A DNA stretch of 53,719 nt from an uncultured Clostridia bacterium. Its GTDB lineage: Bacteria; Bacillota; Clostridia; Oscillospirales; UBA644. The notes under the pieces were generated by a model. That model was not told the origin of the DNA. It saw nothing but the letters and a program-made list of their open reading frames with translations, and ran no database searches. This document shows, piece by piece, positions 42,011 to 51,914 of this stretch. Where the stretch lies: contig CAMZEM010000003.1 in assembly GCA_947305805.1 (NCBI GenBank), positions 1-53,719 on the forward strand, read 5' to 3'. Position numbers and translations under genes: made by a program. Every line of letters begins with the position of its first letter. Position 1 is the stretch's first letter.

Positions 42011-42052
42011 AAAAAACAAGCTGGAAATATTATATTCTCAGCTTGTATTTTT
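42011..42052. terminator. Bidirectional terminator between thrS and the lipoprotein gene
   Basis: acaagctg...cagcttgt stem flanked by A6 and T-rich runs. Confidence 0.75.
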
Positions 42053-42076
42053 ATATAAAATTTATTTGCAGGTGCG

Positions 42077-43843
42077 TTAATCCTCGGTGAGCGTCGAAAG
42101 CAGATATCCGTCGCCGTCTTTTTTAAGCGTTGCGGTAAGATTTACGGTATTGCCGTCAGGGGTTTTTACTTCGAATTTAACGGTTGTTTCGCTTTCCTTT
42201 TTGCAAACAACGTCCGCTGCGGGTCCCGCATAGCCGAACGGAGCGCGGTTTACCGGCGTTGGTTCACCCTCCGCAGGTCTTGTTTCACAAACAGACATAT
42301 CTTTGCAAAGTGTATCAAGCGTAAAAAAATCACCTTTTTTAAGCGCAGAGGTTATAAGATCGGTGAGAAGTTCCTCCGAAAAGCTTCCGTTCAGCGTTTT
42401 TTCATCGGGGACTATACGGAAATCTTCCGTATACGGGAAAAGACTGTAATCTTCCGCCGTGCATTCCGCAAACTCAAATGCGTATTTTGCCGTTGCAACC
42501 ATAACGAAACGGTCCCCCGTGTCGCGGATATAGCAGGTATATCCGATGCAATTTCCCTCGCGTACAAAATATACGTCGCTGTCTTTTACCGCCTGCGAAA
42601 CAATAAAACCGTCTTCCGTTTCAATTACCCTTGTTATTCCGTCAATTTCGGAATACGGGTCGGTTTCAAGGACAGGATCTGCCTGCGTTTCGCTGAAAAG
42701 TTCTTTTCCGTATAAAAGATTTAATGCCTCGGCATCGCCTTCACAAAGAGCTTTTATATACAAGCCAACAAATTCTTTCGGGTCTGCGGTGTTTACTTCA
42801 TCAACTACATCGTCAGCATTCGACCCTTCAGAATTGTTTTTTAAAGAAATGCGGTATGTCTGCTTCAAATACGCGGGATTAAGCTCGCTTTCATAGTTTG
42901 AATACTCAACCACAATTGCGTAGTGTAGCTCGGCAGATGATATATCGTTTATAAAAAAGTCGTAAACATCATCGTCAAAACTTGTTTTTACGCTTATTAC
43001 GCTCCCGTCATCTTCGTATGCGAGGGCGGCTTTCTTTTTCTCCGCTTTTTCTTTCAGTCCTGCAAGGTTTACTCCGTGAGCCGCAAGGTACTCCCCTTTA
43101 TTTATAACGGTATCATTTTCCGTATCGTAAAGGTAAGAACCCCAGCCGTAAAGAAATTCATGTCCGGAAGATTTCAGGAAGACCGACAGGATTTTTCCTT
43201 CAGCGATATTCACGTCAACTTCACAGTCAGCCATATTGCTCAGATCAACAGATGCGTTGGCAAGCGCAGCGTCTTCCGAACGGTTTTTGAGCAAGGGAAC
43301 GGCTCCGTGGACTCTCGGTCTGTTTTTGATTCGTTCAACATAAATACCATTTTCGTTTACTGTTTTCCATTCAACGGCGGCGTCCATTTTTGCGAGAATT
43401 GAATAAAAATCGTCAAACACCGGATATGAAAGAGCAGATCCCTCTTCAACGAAAACCTCTTTTATAAATCCGTCGGGATCATCCGAAAGAAAAGAATAAA
43501 GATTTTCCGTTTCTTTCGTATTTTCGTTTACAACGTCAAAAACCTTCTTTCCGCCTGTATAAAGCTGAGATTTTTCAAAGCTGTAAACGTTTCCGTTTTT
43601 AACGAAAAGAATCTCTTTTTCGGCTGCTGCAGAAATTGTATCCGCTATCCACATGTTTTTTGAAACGGACGACGTAAGTTCGTCAGGATATTCTACTTCT
43701 GTTTTAATATACGTTCTTTCTTCGAAAATCAGTGCGTTTTCTTCCGTTTTCTTTCCATTGTTGTTATTCCGCATATCACATGAGGCGAAAAGCATTGTTA
43801 AGGCAATTAAAACAACTAAAATCGGAATCCGCAAGTATTTCAT
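42077..43843 (-). CDS. Lipoprotein of unknown function
   Basis: 588 aa; signal peptide with lipobox FASC; RBS AAAGGAGG; no family recognised. Confidence 0.85.
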   Translation of the reverse strand: MKYLRIPILVVLIALTMLFASCDMRNNNNGKKTEENALIFEERTYIKTEVEYPDELTSSVSKNMWIADTISAAAEKEILFVKNGNVYSFEKSQLYTGGKKVFDVVNENTKETENLYSFLSDDPDGFIKEVFVEEGSALSYPVFDDFYSILAKMDAAVEWKTVNENGIYVERIKNRPRVHGAVPLLKNRSEDAALANASVDLSNMADCEVDVNIAEGKILSVFLKSSGHEFLYGWGSYLYDTENDTVINKGEYLAAHGVNLAGLKEKAEKKKAALAYEDDGSVISVKTSFDDDVYDFFINDISSAELHYAIVVEYSNYESELNPAYLKQTYRISLKNNSEGSNADDVVDEVNTADPKEFVGLYIKALCEGDAEALNLLYGKELFSETQADPVLETDPYSEIDGITRVIETEDGFIVSQAVKDSDVYFVREGNCIGYTCYIRDTGDRFVMVATAKYAFEFAECTAEDYSLFPYTEDFRIVPDEKTLNGSFSEELLTDLITSALKKGDFFTLDTLCKDMSVCETRPAEGEPTPVNRAPFGYAGPAADVVCKKESETTVKFEVKTPDGNTVNLTATLKKDGDGYLLSTLTED

Positions 43844-43859
43844 GGGTGAGCCCTCCTTT

Positions 43860-43961
43860 CTACGGTTTCAAAATATAAACGTTTATTGTAGCAATGTTTA
43901 ACGGATAGTTTAACCTATTATCAGTATGACATGTATAACACCGTATCAATTTCTTTTTCAT
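43860..43961 (-). CDS. Small ORF, 33 aa (MKKKLIRCYTCHTDNRLNYPLNIATINVYILKP)
   Basis: RBS AAAGGAG 6 nt before ATG; its TAG abuts the RBS of the lipoprotein gene. Too short for the ORF track. Confidence 0.45.
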   Translation of the reverse strand: MKKKLIRCYTCHTDNRLNYPLNIATINVYILKP

Positions 43962-44024
43962 AAGCTCTCCTTTCGTGTAAACGGTTTTTGTGGATTCGGG
44001 AAAGAGTGTTTTATTTACAATATA

Positions 44025-44056
44025 ATTATATCATAAAAACGGGGGGGGGGTGTCAA
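44025..44056 (-). promoter_or_regulatory. Sigma-A promoter with a C10 tract in a 20-bp spacer
   Basis: Minus strand TTGACA-CCCCCCCCCC-GTTTTTATGA-TATAAT, including an extended TGn. Confidence 0.75.
44041..44050. repeat. G10 homopolymer
   Basis: Ten consecutive G; I saw no comparable G or C run elsewhere in the window. Confidence 0.9.
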
Positions 44057-44128
44057 GAGGAACGGAAAACGGAAATTGTATGATGCAATAAATATGCGGT
44101 AAGCTGCAAAATTCAATGGGTGAACCGC

Positions 44129-44161
44129 AAAAAAAAATGCGGAATCGGCAACCGATTCCGC
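44129..44161 (-). terminator. Terminator after rsmG
   Basis: gcggaatcgg-ttg-ccgattccgc followed by a T9 run on the minus strand. Confidence 0.9.
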
Positions 44162-44169
44162 CTTGCGCA

Positions 44170-44865
44170 TTATTTTATCGGGGATGAAGCCGCTTTTCCC
44201 GCCCGTCTCGGATATTTTGCGGGCGTCGGGGAAAGCTTTTTTATTATTATAAGATTCCGCTCTGCCGTGCCGTAAATTTCCGCATCTCCGCCGCCGAGCA
44301 GAATAATTGCGTTTTTTGCCTCTTCAAGCTCTTCTTTTGCCATCAAGGATTTGAAAGCCGCCGTTTTTCCTCCTGTTTTCACGAGAGGCAGGCAAAGCTC
44401 GGCAAGCGTTGCCATTCTTGCAACGGCGCGGGCAAAAACTATATCAAACCGTTCGCGGTATTCGCCTCTCGCCGCATCTTCGGACCGCATTTTTGCCGTG
44501 CGGCAGTTTTTAAGCCCCGTTTGCGCGATTACGGCATCGAGAAAATCAACGCGTTTTCCGAGCGATTCTATAAGCGTCATTTCAATATCCGGCCGCATGA
44601 TCGCAAGCGGAATACCGGGAAAACCGGCGCCCGAGCCGACGTCCGCGCAGTCCGCGCCCGAAAACAGAATGCCGCTTTTTTGCGGAAGAAGACTTTCTAT
44701 AAAATGCCTTGATACCGTTTCCTCTTCCGTTTTTACGGCGGTAAGATTTATTTTTTCGGACCATGTTTTAAGCATATCAAGATAAACGGAAAACATTTCC
44801 GCCTGTTTTCCGTTTATTTCAATGCCTGCCGCAAAAAATTTTTCTGTTATCGTTTCTTTATTCAT
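44170..44865 (-). CDS. rsmG: 16S rRNA m7G527 methyltransferase
   Basis: NLTA, RHFIES, DVGSGAGFPGIPL, ARAVA and KYPRRAG. Confidence 0.96.
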   Translation of the reverse strand: MNKETITEKFFAAGIEINGKQAEMFSVYLDMLKTWSEKINLTAVKTEEETVSRHFIESLLPQKSGILFSGADCADVGSGAGFPGIPLAIMRPDIEMTLIESLGKRVDFLDAVIAQTGLKNCRTAKMRSEDAARGEYRERFDIVFARAVARMATLAELCLPLVKTGGKTAAFKSLMAKEELEEAKNAIILLGGGDAEIYGTAERNLIIIKKLSPTPAKYPRRAGKAASSPIK

Positions 44866-45475
44866 GGCTGTCGGGTTTTATGTATTCTTCAACGGTTTTT
44901 ACTATTTCGTCGGGTTCTTTTTTAAATACATGGCCGTGAATGCCGAGTTTTTCGGCGGTTTCGACGTTTATTTCAACGTCGTCGAAAAACAGGCACTCGT
45001 CCGCGTTAAGTCCGAATTTTTCAAGCAGACGAAGATATATTCCTGGTTCGGGTTTCAGCAGATGCTCTTCGGACGAAACTACAATGCCGTCCATAAGGTC
45101 GAATGCGGGACTGTTTTGCCTGTATTTATGAATTTTCAGCGATGCGTTTGTGAGCATATACAGCTTAAATCCGCGCTCTTTAAGCGAAATAAGCTGCTCA
45201 TACGTGCCGTCAACGGGCAGGAAATAATCCTCCCAGCCGCCCATAACGCGTTTGCAAAGTTCATGATATTTTACAGGCGTCCGCGAAAGAATGCTTTCGA
45301 TTGCCTCTTCTTCGGTAATAACTCCGCGGTCAAGCAAAAGCCATTCTTTGTTTGAAAAAACTTCGCTGCAAAGAAAATCCAGCTCTTCGGGGTCCTGCGT
45401 GAAAAACGAGGCAATTCTTCTCGGGGTGTAGTCTAAAACCACGTTGCCCATATCAAAAATAAGATTTTTTATCAT
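44858..45475 (-). CDS. HAD-superfamily phosphatase
   Basis: FDMGNV, LTN, KPEPGIY and FFDD. Confidence 0.9.
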   Translation of the reverse strand: MIKNLIFDMGNVVLDYTPRRIASFFTQDPEELDFLCSEVFSNKEWLLLDRGVITEEEAIESILSRTPVKYHELCKRVMGGWEDYFLPVDGTYEQLISLKERGFKLYMLTNASLKIHKYRQNSPAFDLMDGIVVSSEEHLLKPEPGIYLRLLEKFGLNADECLFFDDVEINVETAEKLGIHGHVFKKEPDEIVKTVEEYIKPDSHE

Positions 45476-45476
45476 T

Positions 45477-48212
45477 TTATGCGTTCTTTCCGTGGCAGTT
45501 TTTATATTTTTTGCCGCTTCCGCAGGGGCACGGATCGTTTCTTCCCACTTTTTCGGAAGCTTTTTTAACTATCGGTTTCGGTTTTTCGCCGCCTGCGTTC
45601 ACGTTTTTAGCCTCGTCTATCGTTGCAACGCGCTCGCGTTTGATTTCTCTGTTTACAAGGCGGACGCGCAGACAGTCGCGAACGGTATCGTATTTAATAA
45701 GATTGACCATTTCGTCAAACATATCAAAGCTTTCGAATTTATACTCCGTAAGCGGATTTCTGTTGCCGTAAGAGCGCAGAGAAACGCCCTGCCTGAGATC
45801 GTCCATGGCGTCAAGATGGTCCATCCAGTATCTGTCAACCGTGCGAAGAAGGATAAACCGCTCGATTTCGCGCATTTTTTCGGGCGTGTTTTCCGCTTCG
45901 CTTCTTGCATAGCGCTCGTTGAGTCTTTCGGTAAGAAGCGAGATGATATCCTGCTTTTTCAGTCTGTCAAAGTCCGCGGGAGTATACGCAAGATCGTCTT
46001 TTGAAAGAAGCATTCCGTCAAAACGTTCGTGAAGCCCTTCGTAATCCCAGTTATCGGCAACTTCCGCAGCAAGGCACTGCTCCGCGGCATTCTGAATAAT
46101 ATCGTCGCCCATTTTGAGGATATACGAGCGCAGATCTTCACCGTCAAGCACTTTTCTTCTCTGATCGTAAATAATCGTTCTCTGCTGATTTATTACGTCG
46201 TCGTATTCAAGGGTGCGTTTGCGGCGCTGGAAGTTTACGCTTTCAACCTTTTTCTGCGCGTTTTCTATCGTATTTGAAAGAATTTTCGCGTCTATCGGCT
46301 GATCCTCGGGAATATTGAGCATTTCGGCAATCGAAGCAATTCTTTCGCCGCCGAAAAGACGCATAAGGTCGTCTTCGAGCGACAGATAAAAACGGCTTTC
46401 GCCGACGTCGCCCTGACGTCCCGCACGTCCGCGAAGCTGATTGTCTATTCGTCTTGATTCGTGACGTTCGGTGCCGAGAATGAAAAGTCCGCCCGCCGCT
46501 TTAACCTCTTCGGCCTCTCTGTCCGTTTCGGGCTTATACTGACTGTAAAGCTCGGCGTATCTCTTTTTTGCGGCGATAACGTTTTCGTCGTCCGTTTCGG
46601 AAAATCCCGTTGACGCGGCGATATATTCGCGGTCTATTCCCTCTTTTGCCATCTGCGCCTTCGCCATATACTCAGCGTTGCCGCCCAGAATAATATCGGT
46701 ACCGCGGCCAGCCATGTTCGTTGAAATTGTTACGGCGCCCTTTTTGCCCGCCTGAGCTACTATCATTGCCTCTTTATCGTGGAATTTCGCGTTCAGCACG
46801 TTGTGCGTTATTCCCTCGCGTTTTAAAAGCTTGCTTAAAAGCTCCGATTTTTCAATCGTTATCGTACCTACAAGCACGGGCTGTCCTTTTTCGTGGCATT
46901 CCTTTATCTGACGGATAACGGCCGCGAATTTGCCCGCCTCGGTTTTATAGATCGAATCGTTGTGGTCCTTTCTTATCATAGGAAGGTTTGTGGGTATTTC
47001 TATTACGTCAAGATGATAAATATCGTTGAATTCCTGCTCTTCGGTAATCGCGGTACCCGTCATACCCGAAAGCTTGGAGTATATTCTGAAATAATTCTGG
47101 AAAGTAATTGTGGCAAGCGTTTTCGACTCGTTTTCTACCTTTACGCCCTCTTTTGCCTCGATGGACTGATGAAGACCGTTTGAATAGCGGCGGCCGTACA
47201 TAAGTCTTCCGGTAAACTCGTCAACTATGATTACCTCGCCGTCTTTTACAACGTAGTCAACGTCTCGCTGCATAGTGCCCCACGCCTTGAGCGCCTGGTT
47301 TACAAAATGCTGAAGTTCAACGTTTTCGGGGTCCGCCCAGTTTTCAACGCCAAACGCTCTTTGCGCCTTTTCCATACCGCTGTTTGTTAAAACGGCGTTT
47401 TTATGCTTTTCTTCAACGATGTAGTCTGCGTCAACATCGTCGTAGCTTTCTTTCGATTCCATTTCCTTTACCTTGAAAGGACGCAGTCTTGAAACGAAAG
47501 CGGACGCCTTTTCGTACATCTCGCCGCTTTCCTCGCCGTGGCCGGAAATAATGAGCGGCGTTCTCGCCTCGTCGATAAGTATGGAGTCCACCTCGTCTAC
47601 GATTGCAAAGTTATGGCCGCGCTGCACCATTTCCTCTTTGTAAAGAACCATGTTGTCGCGCAGATAGTCAAAGCCGAACTCGTTGTTCGTGCCGTACGTG
47701 ATATCGCAAAGATACGCTTCTTTTCTGTCTTTCGGTTCAACCTCGTGAGCGATAAGTCCTACCGAAAGGCCCATAAAGCGGTGTATTTTACCCATCCATT
47801 CGCTGTCTCGGCGAGCAAGATAGTCGTTTACCGTAACAACGTGAACGCCTTTTCCGGTAAGCGCGTTTAAATAAGACGGAAATACTGCGGCAAGCGTTTT
47901 TCCTTCGCCGGTTTTCATTTCCGCGATTCTTCCCTGATGAAGAACCGTGCCGCCGATAAGCTGCGTGTCAAAAGCGCGCTGACCTATAACCCTTACAGCC
48001 GCTTCCCTTACCGCAGCAAACGCTTCGCAGTGTATGCCGTCAAGCGTTTCACCGTTTTCGAGACGTTTTTTGAATTCGTCAGTCTTTGCTCTCAGCTCGC
48101 TGTCGCTCAGCGATTTCATATATGGCTCGAGCTCGTTTATTTTAGCTATTTTTGCGTTTATTTTTTTCAGCTCTTTCTGACTGTACGAACCGAAAATATC
48201 AAAAAGACCCAT
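45477..48212 (-). CDS. secA: Preprotein translocase ATPase SecA
   Basis: [35 protein letters not shown] and SEC-C motif [12 protein letters not shown]; ATG 48212 after GGAGG. Confidence 0.99.
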   Translation of the reverse strand: MGLFDIFGSYSQKELKKINAKIAKINELEPYMKSLSDSELRAKTDEFKKRLENGETLDGIHCEAFAAVREAAVRVIGQRAFDTQLIGGTVLHQGRIAEMKTGEGKTLAAVFPSYLNALTGKGVHVVTVNDYLARRDSEWMGKIHRFMGLSVGLIAHEVEPKDRKEAYLCDITYGTNNEFGFDYLRDNMVLYKEEMVQRGHNFAIVDEVDSILIDEARTPLIISGHGEESGEMYEKASAFVSRLRPFKVKEMESKESYDDVDADYIVEEKHKNAVLTNSGMEKAQRAFGVENWADPENVELQHFVNQALKAWGTMQRDVDYVVKDGEVIIVDEFTGRLMYGRRYSNGLHQSIEAKEGVKVENESKTLATITFQNYFRIYSKLSGMTGTAITEEQEFNDIYHLDVIEIPTNLPMIRKDHNDSIYKTEAGKFAAVIRQIKECHEKGQPVLVGTITIEKSELLSKLLKREGITHNVLNAKFHDKEAMIVAQAGKKGAVTISTNMAGRGTDIILGGNAEYMAKAQMAKEGIDREYIAASTGFSETDDENVIAAKKRYAELYSQYKPETDREAEEVKAAGGLFILGTERHESRRIDNQLRGRAGRQGDVGESRFYLSLEDDLMRLFGGERIASIAEMLNIPEDQPIDAKILSNTIENAQKKVESVNFQRRKRTLEYDDVINQQRTIIYDQRRKVLDGEDLRSYILKMGDDIIQNAAEQCLAAEVADNWDYEGLHERFDGMLLSKDDLAYTPADFDRLKKQDIISLLTERLNERYARSEAENTPEKMREIERFILLRTVDRYWMDHLDAMDDLRQGVSLRSYGNRNPLTEYKFESFDMFDEMVNLIKYDTVRDCLRVRLVNREIKRERVATIDEAKNVNAGGEKPKPIVKKASEKVGRNDPCPCGSGKKYKNCHGKNA

Positions 48213-48375
48213 CTGTCTCCTCCGTATATACGTAAGTAATAATAAACCATATTGTACCATTATATATTATTATAGCACATTTTTTTTAAAAAAGCTATAT
48301 TTATCTTCAATAACTCTTGAATTCTTTGTGATTTTGTTGTAAAATAAGAAAAAGAATTCAAACGGGGGATAAACA

Positions 48376-49911
48376 ATGGTAACAAAAATCAGCAGTGTCG
48401 GGCTCTGGGGCATTGACGGATACAAGGTTGAAATAGAAACAGACTCCCGTCCCGCGCAGGACCCCGAAATAGATATCGTCGGTCTGCCTGACACTGCCAT
48501 AAAAGAAGCGAAAGACAGAATAGTTTCCGCCGTAGCAAACAGCGGATACAGAATTCCCTCGGCAAATATTATAATGAACCTTGCCCCCGCGGACGTTAAA
48601 AAAGAGGGAACGATGTTTGATCTGCCTATGCTTCTGGGCATTCTTTCCTCAACGGGACAGATAGCGGTTCCCGACGAAAACACGGCGTTTTTCGGCGAAC
48701 TTTCACTTTCGGGCGAGATACGCCGCGGAAGAGGCGTTTTGGCTGCGGTAATAGCGGCAAAAGAACTCGGTTTCAAAGCGATATTCGTCCCCGAAAAAAA
48801 CGCGGCGGAAGGCGCGGTTGTTGAAGGAATAGACGTTTACGCCGCAAGAGACGTAATTTCCGTAATTTCACATATAGAAGGCAAATTTCCGCTTCGCCCC
48901 GTTAAAAAATCGCTTAACGAACTGATAAAAAAGGATGGCGCAGACACAAACGACTTTGCGTATATCGTAGGTCAGCAGACGGCGAAACGCGCAAGCGAAA
49001 TTGCCGCGGCGGGCGGGCACAATATTCTTTTTATCGGCCCTCCCGGCTCGGGCAAAAGCATGATGGCAAAATCTTTGCCGTCAATTCTTCCCGATATGAC
49101 GTTTGACGAGATAATAGAAACCTCAAAAATATATTCGATAGCAGGCAAACTCACCGAAAAAGAGCCGCTTTGCGTAAAAAGGCCGTTTGTCCGCTCAACG
49201 CAAAACGTTTCGATCCCCGGCCTTATGGGCGGCGGCACAACTCCCGCCCCGGGACTAATAACCCTGGCAAACAACGGCGTGCTTTTTCTTGACGAGGTGG
49301 CCGAGTTTTCGCAACGGACGCTCGAATCGCTGCGCCAGCCGCTCGAAGACAACATAATAACCGTAAACAGAGTTAAAAAAAGCCTCGTTTTTCCGGCGTC
49401 TTTCATGCTTGTTTGCGCAATGAATCCGTGTCCGTGCGGCTATTACGGACATCCGACCGTGCCGTGCAGGTGCAAGGATGCGCAGATCGAAAAATATTTA
49501 AGCAAAATTTCGGGACCGCTTCTTGACAGAATAGATCTTCAGGTTGCGCTTCCGCCCGTTACCGTAACGGATATTTCGGAAAACAGAAAACTCGCAGAAT
49601 CATCCGCAGAAATAAAAAAACGCGTTGACGCCGCAAGAAAAAGGCAGACGGAAAGAATCGGCGCCTACGGTTTTACCTGCAACGCCAAGCTATCGCCTAA
49701 AGCTATAAGAGAGCTTTGCGTCCTTTCGCCCGAAGCCACCGCCGCGCTGAATAAAATAATGGAAAAAACGTCCGTTTCGATGCGTTCATACGATAAAATA
49801 ATCAAAATTGCGCAGACGATTGCGGACCTTGCGGCAAGCGACGTAATCCTTCCGCAGCACATTATGGAGGCCTCTTATTTCCGCACTCTCGATAAAAAAT
49901 ACCAAAAGTGA
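48376..49911 (+). CDS. comM: YifB/ComM-family Mg-chelatase-like AAA+ ATPase
   Basis: VGLPD, NLAPAD, GPPGSGKS, LFLDE, MNPCPCG and ISGPLLDRID. Confidence 0.92.
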   Translation: MVTKISSVGLWGIDGYKVEIETDSRPAQDPEIDIVGLPDTAIKEAKDRIVSAVANSGYRIPSANIIMNLAPADVKKEGTMFDLPMLLGILSSTGQIAVPDENTAFFGELSLSGEIRRGRGVLAAVIAAKELGFKAIFVPEKNAAEGAVVEGIDVYAARDVISVISHIEGKFPLRPVKKSLNELIKKDGADTNDFAYIVGQQTAKRASEIAAAGGHNILFIGPPGSGKSMMAKSLPSILPDMTFDEIIETSKIYSIAGKLTEKEPLCVKRPFVRSTQNVSIPGLMGGGTTPAPGLITLANNGVLFLDEVAEFSQRTLESLRQPLEDNIITVNRVKKSLVFPASFMLVCAMNPCPCGYYGHPTVPCRCKDAQIEKYLSKISGPLLDRIDLQVALPPVTVTDISENRKLAESSAEIKKRVDAARKRQTERIGAYGFTCNAKLSPKAIRELCVLSPEATAALNKIMEKTSVSMRSYDKIIKIAQTIADLAASDVILPQHIMEASYFRTLDKKYQK

Positions 49912-49942
49912 TAAACTGATTTTTTTCACTTTTTAACCGTAC

Positions 49943-49986
49943 TTTTCCACAGAAACTGTGGAAAACCCTGTTGAAAACGTTGAAAA
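49943..49986. promoter_or_regulatory. Cluster of DnaA-box-like 9-mers
   Basis: TTTTCCACA (49943), inverted TGTGGAAAA (49957), TGTTGAAAA (49969) and CGTTGAAAA (49978). Confidence 0.55.
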
Positions 49987-50102
49987 CTCCGATAATTTCG
50001 CCGTTTTTCCCCCTGTTTATAATTTTTGAGGGCAAAAAAACGCATTTGTTGCTTTTATATAAATATCGGTTTTTTTAACATAAAATTTTTGGAGCGTATA
50101 AA

Positions 50103-51575
50103 ATGACACTGTCAAAAATCGCCGAAATTTTGTCGGAAAATAAATTATTACAAAATTCCACGCCAGAACAAAGCCGTGATTTATCACTTACGGGGAAAAT
50201 TTCATGCGACTCGCGAAACGTAGAAAAAAACTCCCTCTTTTTTGTTAAAGGCGTTAATTTCAAACGCGAATTTCTGCTTTCCGCAATCGAAAAAGGGGCT
50301 GGGGCATACGTTTCGGAAAAGGACCTTGAAGCTGATATTCCGCTTTTACTCGTTTCCGACGTACGCAAAGCCATGTCCGCCGTCGCGCGTGCAGTTTACG
50401 GTGATTTTTCAGAGAGCTTTCCGCTTATCGGAATAACGGGGACGAAGGGCAAAACTTCAACTCTTTATATGCTTGAAAGCATTCTGAGAGAAAAATACGG
50501 CAAAACAGGCATAATTTCCACAAACGAAGCGAGATGCGGAGAAAAAACGTGGCAAAAGACGGGCACAACGCCCGAAGCGCTCGAGCTTTTTTCCATTCTC
50601 GACGGTTTCAGACGGGAAAACGCGGGGGCGGCGGTTATGGAAGTGTCGTCGCAGGCGCTGAAATACGACCGTGTAAGCGGACTTACGTTTTCCGTCGGCG
50701 CATTTTTAAATCTTTCGCCAGACCATATAAGCCCGACGGAGCATTCCTCTTTCGAAGACTACAAAGAGGCGAAAAAGAAGCTTTTTTCGCTCTGCAAAAA
50801 AGCGGTTTTTAATCTTGACGGCGAGTATTCAATAGAATTTCTCGCTTCCGCAAAGTCCGCCGAAACGGTTACGTTTTCTCTTACGCCCGCGGGAGATATT
50901 TACGCTTACGGAATATCGCAGGACAGATACGGCTCGTCGTTTTCGATAGGCGGAAAGATAACCGCTGAAAATGTCCGTATAAATATGCCCGGCAGATTTA
51001 ACGTTTCAAACGCTCTTTGCGCCGCGGCGTGCGCATTTGCCGTCGGGATTTCGCCCGAAGATATCCGTGCGGGTCTTGAAAAGGCCTCGGCGGGCGGACG
51101 CCTTGAAATATACGAAAAAAACGGAATTACGGTGCTTGTTGACTACGCTCACAACAAATCGTCTTTTGAAGCGCTTTTTGAATACGCAAAAACGTTCTAT
51201 CCAAACTCGAAAATAATCTTCCTTTTCGGCTGCATAGGAGACAGAGCGCTTGACCGCCGCGCGGAAATTCCCGAAGTTGCGGCAAAAAACGCCGATTTTA
51301 TCGTTTACACAACCGACGACCCCGGGACCGAAACGCCCGAAAAGATTTTTAAGGAGATAGAGCCCGAATTTAAAAAGCATAAAACGCCTTACACGTTTAT
51401 TGAGGACAGGCAGAAAGCCGTTGATTTTGCCATCGAAACCGCCAAAAACGGCGATCTCGTTATTCTTGCCGGAAAAGGCGGAGAGACCACACAGCTTGTA
51501 AACGGCAGATACGTTCCCTATATCGGCGATATGCCCGCCGCGAAAGCGAAACTCGGACAGAGGGAAACAGAATGA
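50103..51575 (+). CDS. murE: UDP-MurNAc-tripeptide synthetase, probably L-Lys type
   Basis: GITGTKGKT, MEVSS, NLSPDHISPTEH, VDYAHN, DDPG and LAGKG. Confidence 0.9.
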   Translation: MTLSKIAEILSENKLLQNSTPEQSRDLSLTGKISCDSRNVEKNSLFFVKGVNFKREFLLSAIEKGAGAYVSEKDLEADIPLLLVSDVRKAMSAVARAVYGDFSESFPLIGITGTKGKTSTLYMLESILREKYGKTGIISTNEARCGEKTWQKTGTTPEALELFSILDGFRRENAGAAVMEVSSQALKYDRVSGLTFSVGAFLNLSPDHISPTEHSSFEDYKEAKKKLFSLCKKAVFNLDGEYSIEFLASAKSAETVTFSLTPAGDIYAYGISQDRYGSSFSIGGKITAENVRINMPGRFNVSNALCAAACAFAVGISPEDIRAGLEKASAGGRLEIYEKNGITVLVDYAHNKSSFEALFEYAKTFYPNSKIIFLFGCIGDRALDRRAEIPEVAAKNADFIVYTTDDPGTETPEKIFKEIEPEFKKHKTPYTFIEDRQKAVDFAIETAKNGDLVILAGKGGETTQLVNGRYVPYIGDMPAAKAKLGQRETE

Positions 51576-51870
51576 AACGCGAATAAAAACGGCTGATAGA
51601 AGAAAAAACATCTGAATCCGCCAAGATTATAATTCCGTACGCGACGCGAATATTTACAGAAAAAAAGACCGTGCTTTAGGTAGTAAAATACGTCTGTTCG
51701 GATTTTTCCATATTTCATTAATTAAAAACTTGACAACAAAATAATAGGTTATGCTGAAAAGGGAAAAATAAAGGAACAAGGTACATCAGACATTATAAGA
51801 GCAACGATGAGTACATTATAGTGCTCATAGATTGCGATTAATGCGCACATCTTGATGTTGGCGATAATAT

Positions 51871-51910
51871 ATTTGCGGGACTGTCCAGTGAACAGTCCCG
51901 CAAATCTTTA
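51871..51910 (+). terminator. Strong hairpin, terminator-like
   Basis: atttgcgggactgt / acagtcccgcaaat perfect 14-bp stem followed by ctttat. Confidence 0.7.
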
Positions 51911-51914
51911 TGTA

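Noticed and set aside
44170-49986. Replication origin suggested by rsmG plus DnaA-like boxes
   Set aside because: No dnaA, dnaN, mnmG, mnmE, parAB or rpmH nearby, and only four boxes.
51730-51755. Promoter TTGACA...TATGCT for a small RNA
   Set aside because: The spacer is only 14 bp.
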